Assembly: GCF_006345805.1 (NCBI RefSeq) | Contig: NC_043025.1 | Coordinates: 10,354,001 to 10,418,000 of the forward strand | Length of the DNA stretch: 64,000 bases | Origin: Octopus sinensis | Lineage: Eukaryota | Reading direction: 5' to 3' | Shown here: positions 23,701-35,783 of the stretch, piece after piece | Numbering within the stretch: the stretch's first letter is position 1 | How the letters are laid out: every line of letters starts with the position of its first letter | Notes under the pieces: generated by a model | What the model was told of the DNA's origin: nothing | Database searches by the model: none | The model's input: only the letters and a program-made list of their open reading frames with translations | Program-made: the position numbers and the translations under genes

Positions 23701-26641
23701 GCACCTTGGGCAAGTGTCTTCTGCTACAGACATAGATCTACTAAAACCTTGTGAGTGGATGTGGTAGGCCAAAAGTGAAAAGAAGCCTAAACTGGAATGT
23801 GTTCAGTTGGTGGTGGTGGTGAGTACTTTTCCTGTTAATAAATTCATACCTTTGAAGTAGTCTGGAATATGAGATACCTATTTCTTTATTACCCACAAGG
23901 GGCTAAACATAAAAGGGACAAACAAGGACAGACATAGGTATTAAGTCGATTACATCGACCCCCAGTGCGTAACTGGTACTTAATTTATCAACCCCGAAGG
24001 GATGAAAGGCAAAGTCAACCTCGGCAGAATTTGAACTCACATTCCGCCAAGGTCGACTTTGCCTTATGAGATGATACCTTGAGCAATAATATACTGTTGT
24101 TGACATTTCCTTGTTATTATGACCACTTTCTTCATGTTCAAACACTTGTGTGATATAAAAATGAAGAGTGTCTGGCCATTAAAACCAGTTCCCTTATGTG
24201 AGTTACTAACTACAAGACCAGACATGCATAATACCTATATGAAATTATTTGCTTTCCAATGGGGAGATTTGTATAATCCGTGATGCAGTATGGATTTTTG
24301 TCAGTGAACAGGTCGCGGTCTCAAAGCGCCGAAAATATTTTGACAAATTAAACTTAAATGTTGAAGTGAATCGAACGGCTTTTGTGTGTTTCTTAAATGG
24401 CTTATAAACACCTTCCACGCTGAAATTGTTTTCGTTTCAGCACACGATCTCAGATCAAATCACTTGCTATGCAAGTACATCTCCGAGATTTGTATAATAT
24501 TTTGAGAAAAAGTAGCAAAATCTTCCCCAAAATTTACCTTGCTCAAGAAAACTGATGTTAGAAGTGTGATGAAATGGAGTGTTTTAATTTTTTTCTGGTT
24601 TCTCTCTTGGAGATTGAAATGGTTCGAAAATGAGAATACACATCAAATGAAAGATGTAGAGGCAGGGAGGATGGAGAGTGATGGTGTGTCAACTCTGGTA
24701 TCACATAAAACTCTCTTGATCTATTCTTTTTTTCTTTTATTCTTGTACTTGTTTCAGTCATTTGACTGCGGGCATGTTGGAGCACCGCCTTTTTTAGTCG
24801 AGCTAATCAACCCCAGGACTTATTCTTTGTAAGCCTAGTACTTATTCTATTGGTCTCTTTTGTCGAACTGCTAAGTAACGGGGACATAAACATATCAGCA
24901 TCGGTTGTCAAGCTATGTTGGGGGGGGGGGGGACAAACACAGACACACATACATATATACGAAGGGCTTCTTTCAGTTTCTGTCTACCAAATCCACTCAC
25001 AAGGCTTTGGTCAGCCCGAGGCTATAGTAGAAAACACTTGCTCAAGGTGCCGCGCAGTGAGACTGAACCCGGAACCATGTGGTTAGTAAGCAAGCTACTT
25101 ACCACACAGCCACTCCTGTGCCTATATATATATAAATAAAACTTCTCTTTCATCATTGCTATTCTGCTGTTTAGCACTCCCGGTCATCTTCTACTCCCTT
25201 CACCCTCATTGCTCTCTGGCTCTACTTGATCACTCTCAGCCCCTCTTTTAAAATGTGAGTAGTTATATAACTCCTCTACATCAGAAAACCTCTTCTGCTC
25301 TGGCCCATTCTTATGCTCTTACGCATCTCTGCCCTTCATCTCCTTTCATAAAGTTTTTCCCTTTGGGGTTTGTAGTCTTGCAAGCTGCATGGTGACCTCA
25401 CTAGTATTGACAGCATGAAAAAATAAAAAATAAGAAAGGTCACCCAGTGAAGTAGTTGCTGTCAGAAATCAAGCGAAAGTAGGTACTTGAGCATGATGCA
25501 GTCCTTGGGTCCATGAAATCTTGTCAAGCCATCCGTCCCATGTCAGCATGAAACAAAGATATTAAATGATTGTAGTAGTGGTAGTAGTGCTGTGTGTGTA
25601 ACTGAGTCGGTGGTGTTGAGCGAAATAATATATACTCTGTGGTATTGGGTTGCAGTTATGTTGATTTTTGCCTTTCCCCTTCCTCAAGTCCCTTACTGTA
25701 GTCCACTAAAACTCTTGATGGTAGTACCCTGCTGTGATCATACGATTAGTAATTAAAAGACAAACTAAAGAAATTTTTTATCATTTTTCACAAGATCATA
25801 AATAATAACCCTTTTGTTACCATATTTCTGTTGAGATGCTCTGTGTTTCTTTCAATTAATTTTAAATATAGCAAAGAATTTAGTAAAATAACTTTGTTAT
25901 CATTCAGCTAATGTTAGGAACATAAATTGTGACTAAGGTTTGGTGGAAGATTTTAATTCAAAACTTATGAAAACAAGACATTTGTACTACAGAGCCAGAG
26001 GCGGTTTTGGCCGGGTTGGTATCAAAAGGGTTAACGATGAAGAAAATCATTAATCCTTTTAGATAATTAGAACTCCATCTGGTGTTGAAAAAATTCTTAC
26101 TTGCTTTGGATATTTTTTTTCCCCGCCTCTCTCTCTCTCTCTCTCTCTCGCTCTCTTTTAAAATTCTGCCAAGAATTCCATCATTGGTTATAGAAATATT
26201 CTTTAGTGTTTTGCCTGTGACTCTTGTCACTTTCTCTTGTTTGTGTTTGTTCTAATAATTGCAGCACTAATTTTTCAAAATGGAAGTTGAGTGTTCAAAT
26301 CTATGTGTATTTAGCTGCATTTTCAAAATGTAGGGAGCACAAAAATGGAAAGAATTGTTATTAGGGAATCATGAAATTACATCACTTATCATCATCATAA
26401 TATCCATTTCTCTATGCTCAAATGAAATTTGTTGAGGCAGAATTTCTATGGCTGGATGCCTTCCATGCTGCCAATTGTCACTTGTCATCATACAATCCTC
26501 AGTAAAGTAGAGGTACAGTGTCTGTAGATAAGGGCTGTATCTAGTATACGGTTGATTTGGGCTTTATGTAACACTTTGCTATTTAGCGCTGCACCAGTTG
26601 AAAGACAATGGAAGTTGAAGAAGCCTCTGAAAGGTACTCAG

Positions 26642-26687
26642 AGTAGTAGTAGTAGTAGTAGTAGTAGTAGCAGCAGCAGCAGCAGCA
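26642..26687. repeat. Compound trinucleotide repeat (AGT)n(AGC)n
   Basis: Directly visible. Confidence 0.9.
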
Positions 26688-28520
26688 CAAAAAAAAAAAA
26701 TGGTTTGATATATGCTTGAAAGACTGGATTGTCATGGCTGGAATACTTGTGGCAAAAGTTCTGCTCCCTCAGGCTGGTCTGGGACAAATAGCATTAAATA
26801 GAGCAGGTTATTTCGTCTGTTATATTTAGTCTCAGTGAAGTGACAAAAATGGTATTCATTGATATATATTATGATTAGAAGGAAAGAAATTGATGACTTG
26901 GATTATGAAAAAAAAACCCCAAAAAAAAAACCCCTTTAATTTGGTATAACTGAAGTCAGTGAAGTATTATTATTAAAATTCAAGGGAGGTAAACAATGAC
27001 AGATATGAACAACAAAACTCCCGTTGAAATATTTATTAAAATTAGAAAGAAATAAACAATGAAATAGACTAGGGAGAATACACCATAAGGGTATCTTTGT
27101 GATATACTTCACAATTGTTTTTGCGTCCACTTTTCCACACGTGTATTGGTAGGATGTAGTTTATTGATGCAGATTTCCTATGGTTTGATGCCCTTACTGT
27201 TGCCAGCCTTCACCTGCTTGCCAGCAGGGTAATGTTTCTCCATGTCCACACCTGTTTTTGCAGAATATTGGAAGTGAATGACATTCACTTAGAACAATTG
27301 TATAATGTCAAGACGGAGAGACAAATACTTTTGTACTCACTCTTACACATATGCAAGTGCATGCCCATACACATGATGAGCTTCTTTTAGTTTCCCTTTA
27401 CCAAATCCACTCACATAGCTTTGATTGGCCCAGCACTATGGTAGGGGGCAGTTGCCCAAGATGTCTGAGATTATATAGTTGGGAAGCAAGTCTTCTTAGA
27501 CATGCAACTGCCATGTCTTAGACCTAGCAGAGCTCATCCCTCTCCAGGTTCGACCATTGCTGATTTCTTCCAGAAAGTAAGATAGAGAGACAGAAAGAAT
27601 GAAAGAAAGGAATCAATTTCCAGCACAGGACACATACTTTATTGACCCTGAAAAGATGAAAGACCAAGTTAACTTGGTTGGGATTTTAATTCAAACCCCC
27701 AAAGATTTGGGATAATTACTGTTAAGTAATTTACCTAATGCTCTAATAACTCTAATTGGAACCTTTGTATATCTTGTGAAACCTTGGTCTTAAACCTGGA
27801 ATGGTCCTAGAGATGGATGGTGCAGGCCTGGAGAGCAAAAAACATTACATGTCCTATAGCTTGGTTTGTTTGTGTGTGAAGGTTGGTGGAATAAAAACAC
27901 CTATTTCTTTATTACCCACAAGGGGCTAAACATAGAGGGGACAAACAAGGACAGACATAGATATTAAGTCGATTACATCAACCCCAGTACGTAACTGGTA
28001 CTTAATTTATCGACCCCGAAAGGATGAAAGGCAAAGTCGACCTTGGCGGAATTTGAACTCAGAACATAACGGCTGACGAAATACGCACTGGGGTCGATGT
28101 AATCGACTTAATACCTATGTCTGTCCTTGTTTGTCCCCTCTGTGTTTAGCCCCTTGTGGGTAATGAAGAAATAAGTATTGATGTGTGGTGGTACTGGTGA
28201 TGGTGATGGTTGAAAACAATCAGCAGAGAGAGAGAGAAAGAAAGAAAGAGGTTAGATAGAAAAAAAAGATGTATTGACCTCTGAATGGAAAGACAAAAAG
28301 AAAAATGTTGTTTATCATGCAGGTTTGCAATAAGTTCCAAGTCAACAAATTATAACATTTTTTTCATGAACATTTTTCATTGCTTGAAAAATATTGTTCA
28401 ACATTAATAAAATTAATATGTACTCGATGCATGAAGTGTCATTATTGGGCTCAAGGCCCAATGAAGAGCCCTCCACAGGAGTTAGCTTAAAAGCCACCCT
28501 ATCAGGCACCTTTTCAGCTA

Positions 28521-28554
<34 letters not shown>

Positions 28555-28598
28555 GTTTAAATATTTGGCTAAACTGGCAATATGACCATTCCGAAATA

Positions 28599-28653
<55 letters not shown>

Positions 28654-29779
28654 ACGTTATATAATTAGGGTTCAGTAAAATAATTTACTTTACCACACAC
28701 CGAACTTTTAGAAATACCAGCCAATAACGTAATGTTTTTAAATATACCGTAAATGGTCTTTTTACATGCTGAACACTACTTGGTAAAATTGATAATTAAT
28801 AATTAATTAATTTTACCCTTTTATTATTGACTATATATATATATATGACTATTATCAGCTGTAATAGGGGTGATGGATTTTAATTTTATTTTTTATGGAA
28901 GACCAGTTGCCTTTGTATGCAATTTCTTTTCCTTCTCTATGGGGCACTGTTGTTGTCTAAAGGTAAACCCAATGGGTGATACTGTATTGGTATCAAACTC
29001 AACTCTCTATTCAGATGATTCAATATCTTAGTCTGGTTCTATATATATTTATAAAATTCATCATCATCATTGTTTAATGTCTGCTTTCCATGCTAGCATG
29101 GATTGGACGGTTCAACTGGGGTCTGGGAAGCCTGAAGGCTGCACCAGGCCCAGTCTGATCTGGCAGTGTTTCTACAGCTGGATGCCCTTCCTAACGCCAA
29201 CCACTCTGTGAGTGTAGTGGGTGCTTTTTATGTGCCACCGACACAGGTGCCAGGTGAGGCTGGCGAACGGCCTCGTCTGGCACCTGTGTCCCTTTTGTAT
29301 AATTACATTTTGATTCAACTCCACATGACTCAGTTTTGTGAGTATGCTGGATACATCCATTACATAGGATACCAGGAGAATCAGTATCTAATACAATGGA
29401 CACATCCTACATGCCCTCAAAATCTTGTCCGTGTGGAGCTGGTTCAGACTTATATAAAAATATTTGTAACTCCTACCAAATGTATTAACAAACCCTTAGC
29501 ATTTAGACCAGCCATATCTGCCCCAGATATGTTAAAACTGGCTAGATTCAACCTCCTATGCCTACTCTACAATGCCATTCTAGAATTAGACAGTCACACC
29601 CTTGAAACCTCAAAGCCTTGATATCATGTATGATAAATTCAAAACAATGTGAATAAGCAAGTATTGCATTTGACAGTAATGTAAGTGCTAAAGAGTTAAG
29701 CACTACTTTCATTTGTTCATTCACTTGCATGTATGTATGTGTGTGTGTATATATATATTAATTCATTTATATATATATA

Positions 29780-30177
29780 CTAGCAGTATTGCCCGGCGTT
29801 GCTCGGGTTTGTAAGGGAAATAACTATATAAGCATTTTTAGAGATGTAAAGTATAATAGCCATCTCAATATGGCTAACCACAAGGAGGGGGGGTTACTGT
29901 AGCTTTTTACGTTCTGAGATTTAATAAATTTTTAGAGAGTTACTTCCCTTATATATGCCAAAAAATGCATTAAAAATGGGAAAAATTGATGGTAAATTTT
30001 TTTTTTTAATCGTAGACTCCTCGTAGACGTGTGCTATTACCTAGAAGGGCTCGATATGAATCACGACTATAAGATACCCGCTTTTGGTTAAACTGCACCG
30101 CAAAATGTGGGAGTAGTTAGGAATCTAAATCGTAGGAGACAGACAGCACACAACCTCACTTTTATATATAAAGAAGA
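29780..30177 (-). mobile_element. Non-autonomous Helitron-like element
   Basis: Minus strand starts TC after A and ends with hairpin cccgagcaacgccggg plus CTAG; near-identical copy at 55373-55768. Confidence 0.7.
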
Positions 30178-31742
30178 TATATAAAGGTTAAATATACAGA
30201 TATTCAATTGACAATTCAATAATTTATTTATATTACAATATTACATTAAGTGCTATGAATATAATATATAACAACAATATTATATAACATAAAGAATTAC
30301 AAAAACCATGAAAGGTCAACAAATTCTTTCAACTTATTTATATTCTTTCTGATATACATAATCATAGATCCATTATATATATAGTCAAGATTAGAATTTC
30401 CTATCACATTTCCATTTGGAAGCTACATACCAGGCTTGTTGAATTATTTAAGGTGCTTGTCTGTGGAAAACTTGACCAAGTATTCCACAGATGTGTACCT
30501 TTAACAATTTCTTGATGGAATCAGCATGACAAAGCTGTACATTTTGAATTGAATTACAATCCACCCAATTAACTTCCGCTGTGTAGGTTTTGTGTACTCA
30601 GTTTTACACCCAAGACCTGGGTCAGGCAGAGGCTATAGGATTGAACCCAAGAACTAGTGATTGTTAAGTGAACTTCTGAATCATTTAGCCATATTGTGCT
30701 TGCAGTAAGATATATTTTTTTATTTGAATACACAAGCGCATACATCATCATCATCATCATTTAGCGTCCGCTTTCCATGCTAGCATGGGTTGGACGGTTC
30801 AACTGGGGTCTGGGAAGTCAGTGGGCTGTACCAGGCTCCAGTCTGATCTGGCAGTGTTTCTACGGCTGGATGCCCTTCATAACGCCAACCACTCCGTGAG
30901 TGTAGTGGGTGCTTTTTATGTGCCAGGCAAGGCTGGCAATGGACACGATCGGATGGTGCTTTTTACGTACCACTGGCGCTGGTATCACAGCTACAATTTC
31001 CATTGATGTTGATACATATACAATTATCATTATTTTAACATCTACCCTTCCGTGCCTGGAAATTGTTGGATGGAGTTTGTTGAAGTGGATTTTCTACAGC
31101 CACATGCTCTTCATGTCACAAAATCTCACTTTATAAACTCATAGTAAGATAAATATTTCTCTGTAGCTGGGGATGTTTTTATAGGAGATGAGAAACAAGA
31201 GGATGCTAGTTGTATGACAGTAACTCTTATTTACAACTATCCATGTGATTTCAACACACACCTCTCCACCTCTCTCTCTATCTATACACAGATACTTACA
31301 CCTCTCCACCTATCTATCTGCCTGTCTCTCTATACATCCATACACACACCTCTGATAGGTGTATATCCATTCACAAGGCTTTGGCTGGTCCAGGGCCATA
31401 GTAGAAGACACTTGCCAAAGGTACCATGCAGTGAGACAACATGAGATCGTACTGCTAGAATGAAGTTTTATTTGGAGGACAGTAATACTTGACTTTTGAA
31501 ATATAAAATAACTCACCTTACATCCAAATACATTGACTACTTTTTAAATTTGTGGGCACCTTAGCCCACACACAGTTCCCACATTGCAATGACATATTTC
31601 TGTTGGTTGGTGCAATCTGTCTTACCAAAATTTTGTAAAAATCTGTTGTAAAGTTGTGTGTTATGATATTAATGCAAACATTAGATGTCATTCAGACTAA
31701 GCAAAAAAAAACAGATTCAGTGTACCATTGTACAGAAGGCAC

Positions 31743-31776
<34 letters not shown>

Positions 31777-31789
31777 TAGTGTCACATTA

Positions 31790-32240
31790 AGCGACTAGAA
31801 TCCTTCGATCACCTCTGTCTACGCCTCATCTTTCGTGTTCGATGGCATCACTTTGTCTCCAACAATTCGGTGTGACACCAGTGCAGAATCACCTCCCTCC
31901 GACAAGTCATCCTAACGATACGTCTGAGTTGGCTGGGTCATGCCCTCCGTCGTCAACCAGGAGAATTCATCTACGAAGCAATTGCCCCAGCTCCCCTTCA
32001 GGGTTGGCGAAAGCGATGTGGTGGACAACGAAAAACCTGGTTGATGACAGTCAAGGCTGATCTGGAACCCAACCTAGGCCACCATATCTATGGCGTTCGC
32101 CGCTGGAATAAGGAGTGGTCGGAGATCACGCGATCGTTAGCCTCAAATCGCCAGGCCTGGTCGGCGTTTGTGAGAGATGCAGCATTGAGGATGAATGAAG
32201 CCAGCTCAACCCATCCCGGGTGAATGCTGTAAGAAGAAGT
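31790..32240 (+). mobile_element. RTE clade LINE 3' fragment, degenerate
   Basis: KRLESFDHLCLRLIFRVRW, RLSWLGHALRR, GWRKRCGGQRKTWLMTVKADL, NRQAWSAFVRDA and STHPG*. Confidence 0.8.
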
Positions 32241-33989
32241 GAAAGTTTTATTAAAGATAAGCTGTAGAAGGCTCATCTACTTACTCTATAAGATACATTA
32301 TATTTTAGAGTAAGATACTCATGAATTATAAAAAAATTTTTTGCAGTGGTGCTCCCTTGATATGTGTGTTTGCATCTCTGTACATGTTTGTATTTGTCAA
32401 TACTAAGCAATATCAGCTGTGTGTATAGTGAACACTTGTAAATCAATGACTGTGTGTATTTGGCTTGGTTTCTTGCAGATTGTGGTTGCACCCATGTGCT
32501 CTGGCTCAAAATGTCTAGCCCGCAGACTAATAAGCATTTATTATCTTTTTTGCACTATGGTTGGACACAATCTCACTATGATCTGAGTACACTTGGGAGT
32601 CACTCACTGCTTTCCTAGATTTGCTGATCTGTATCTCTTTCATATTTTTTAATGTATGGTTTTTCTCATTTAAACCAGCCATATCTGGCCAGAAGTATTC
32701 TGCCTGTTTTATGTTCAAACTGGCCAGATTTGGTCTCTCACACCAACCCTACAATATCGTTTTAAAAATTAACAGCTACCTCATCATAATCTCATAGCTA
32801 CAAGATAATGCATGATTAGTTCAAAACAAAGTGGATGAAGAAGCATTCATTTTGGCAAAATAATGCGAACACTAAAGGGTTAAGGACTTACCGCTTAATA
32901 GTGTGGACTGGGTGTGTTTTGTGGCCCAAACAGTTGAGAAGTTACCTGTGGCAACTCTGCATCCTGTCTTTATGTGTATCAGAGACTTTGGGGAAGAAAG
33001 AAAAAAAAAAGAAAGAAAAAACAAACGTTACGGCAATTCAGCTGCTGTTTGTTGTGGTTGAGACTACCTTCACTGGCCCCTTTTCCCCTTGTTTGCACTG
33101 ATGCGGAGCTGCAGCTGGGTTGTGGGTATTCTTTCACTGTTTCATCATTGGGATTTATTTTGTTGGTTGTTGTTGTAGACATAGCAACAATATTAACTCT
33201 TTACTTCATACCAAATCACACGTCCTTTGTATGTGCATTCTTAAAATATTGAATTTTTGTGTGTGAGAACGGTAAAATGTTTTTAATATTTGATTGGAAC
33301 TTGGATTTTCATGGGTAACTTTTATTTCAACATTTGAAATAACTATTTTTCAACACACACACACACACACACATGTACATGTGTCTATATAAATATGTAT
33401 AATGTGTTAATGTGTGTGTATATGCACAGTCGCAGTTGGATAGCTAAGGAACTGATTTCACAATCATGAGAACGTTAGGTTGATTCCACAGCTTGGTGTC
33501 TTGGTCTTGGGTTAAGCTAAAGGATGGTGTTTGTAAGTGAAATTTGGTTGGCAGAAATTGCAATTCAAAGTACTGTTTCTCTCTCTCTCTCTCTTGCATA
33601 CTATGTAATACTTCTGCCTGAGGCTTACTTTGAAAGTACTGATGTCTGTAGAATACTCTGCCACTTGTCCTATAATGCATTGAGTAGGAAATAATTTTTA
33701 TGATAAAGCTCAAAGTGGATACAGTTATAAATACTAGTATCTTAATTTTAGTTCAAGGCCAGTAATTCTGCGAGGTAGGTAGGTACTTGACTAGTATATT
33801 GCTTCCTTGACTCGAGAGGGATGAACAGCAAAGTTGATTTCAGCAGTATTTAAACAAGGAAAATAAAGAGATGGAACAAATACTGCAGGGTGTTTTATTG
33901 AAGTTCTTGTTGATTCTAAATAAAAGCATGTAATCATCTGGCTGAATTTGCTTGGGCATTTTAAACCCCCTTGCCACCCATTTTGATCC

Positions 33990-34365
33990 TGCATTAGTCA
34001 AAGGAGGTCTTTGGAGAGTGTCTCTAGTGAGTTGATCTACATACATTGTTTGGACGACCTGCTCCAGTATGGCTATGCTTTGGCATCTATAGTTATTAAG
34101 TCACCAGCTCTTGGTTAACTTCCATGCAAAGTGCAAGTGCCTTTCCCTTATAATAGAGGAAACCGGCAGGGGATCTCCATACAGCTGCTTCTTGGTCAGA
34201 CAAGTTCTCCCAGATATGTTTAAGACTACCCTCAACACTCAAGTGTAAGTTTCATCTAGCTAGGATTCTAGCTTTTTGATAAGTGTCCAGGCTGTTGCTC
34301 CATATAACGGGACTGACTCTACTGTTGCATGTAATATATTGCATAAACAGTCTTTTCAAAGGAAA
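33990..34365 (-). mobile_element. Old RTE/RTE-X-like LINE fragment
   Basis: Minus strand gives TVESVPLYGATAWTL and QLYGDPLP-like motifs with stops and frameshifts. Confidence 0.6.
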
Positions 34366-35013
34366 GGAAAAATCTACCTGTGGGATATGAACCTACATTT
34401 TGTGTTCCCATGTTAAGTAAACTTCAACCTCTTTTCTATCCAAAGAATTTTCAAAATGTAAACAGATTTACCTTCTCACTTGTAAGAATAAAGCATTAAA
34501 TTTGGTGGACAGGAGACTGAAGGTTACTTTAATATAATGTTTAGCATGAGTACAGAAGATGTGGGTCCATGTCCTGTAGTTAGTCCTTGGACCTGTTTTC
34601 CCCATCCAAGGGGTTTTTAATCTAATATATGATATGCTGTTTATAGCTGCATTCTTTGAAATTCATCATTCAGGTTATTTATTTCATATTTTCTTCAAGT
34701 TTTTACATTTTTATTTTGTAATATGCAATGAATAGATAGTCCTGTTTATGAAATGACTTGGCACACTTGTCATTGACACTGATGGAGGTTCTATTGAAAT
34801 ATGTACAGTGTTTGCACAATGTACAGACTCTGATCATGTCTATGCACCTGTTGGACATAGTTTCAGTAATCTCTCTCTCTTTGTCTCTCATGCACAAATA
34901 TTTAGCAATCTTTGCTTAACATTGAAGAGGTGAATTATCAAAATTATATAATGTTTCAACAACAGCGAATTTTATAATGCATAAAATACCAAGTGTTTTT
35001 TGTATTTTTTAAA

Positions 35014-35066
<53 letters not shown>

Positions 35067-35071
<5 letters not shown>

Positions 35072-35354
35072 TGGTTGTATACTGTCAACTTAACCTGACA
35101 GTCCTGTAAGGGAATTACACCACCGCTGTTTAGCCCTAGGAAGAATCGACGCTTCCTGTCGGCCTTGACACATTTCCTGTGTCCTTATATATTTATGAAG
35201 GGGAGACAAACACCCCTCCCCTTCGTAAATATATAAGGACTCAGGAAATGTGTCAAGGCCGACAGGAAGCGTCAATGCTTCCTCGGGCTAAACAGCGGTG
35301 GTGTAATTCCCTTACAGGACTGTCACGTTAAGTTGACAGTATACAACCACTCTA
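35067..35354. repeat. Fold-back element beside (TA)n, 340 bp upstream of the first RBM39 exon in the window
   Basis: Arms of about 137 bp, loop acaaacaccc (35206-35215), 6 mismatches; 35330-35410 recurs inverted at about 62013-62092. Confidence 0.93.
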
Positions 35355-35408
35355 TCGCTCCACCACCGTACATATCTCTATGAGATATTTAGAAATTTAA
35401 TATTTCTG

Positions 35409-35440
<32 letters not shown>

Positions 35441-35489
35441 CGTCTCTCTGAGTGTTTTGCGTTCTTGTCCCATTTTGTATTTTTATATA

Positions 35490-35535
<46 letters not shown>

Positions 35536-35690
35536 GTACATTCATCAATACTAATACTATAACAACAGTAGCTATTCATTGTTGTTTGTAATTGTTACAG
35601 GATGGTGACTTGTATTTCATCATTCACCACTACCATCATCATTATCAGCATCAGCGATGTAAAACTTAGTGTTATCTTTTAATGTTTTAG

Positions 35691-35783
35691 GAAAAAAAGT
35701 CGCAGTCGAGAACGCAGCCGCAGTCGAGAACGTAGTCGCAGTCGAGAACGCAGCCGCAGTCGAGATCGCAATGACCGCAGACG
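35691..35783 (+). CDS. RBM39: RBM39 exon, RS domain part 1 (KKSRSRERSRSRERSRSRERSRSRDRNDRRR)
   Basis: Acceptor atgttttag|g, donor acg|gtaaga; 93 nt, phase 2-2; SRSRER repeats. Confidence 0.9.

Noticed and set aside
26597-26643. Exon-like block tttag|cgctgcacc...gaaag|gtactc as the missing N-terminal exon
   Set aside because: The phase-0 frame has a stop, the phases do not fit, and there is no RBM39 similarity
27574-27576. Possible 3-nt microexon (ttcttccag|AAA|gtaaga)
   Set aside because: Short pyrimidine tract; such motifs are expected by chance in 35 kb and cannot be supported without reads
35601-35690. Upstream acceptor ttacag|gatggtgac extending the RS exon
   Set aside because: In-frame TAG at 35667-35669, no good donor, and a His/Gln-like simple repeat
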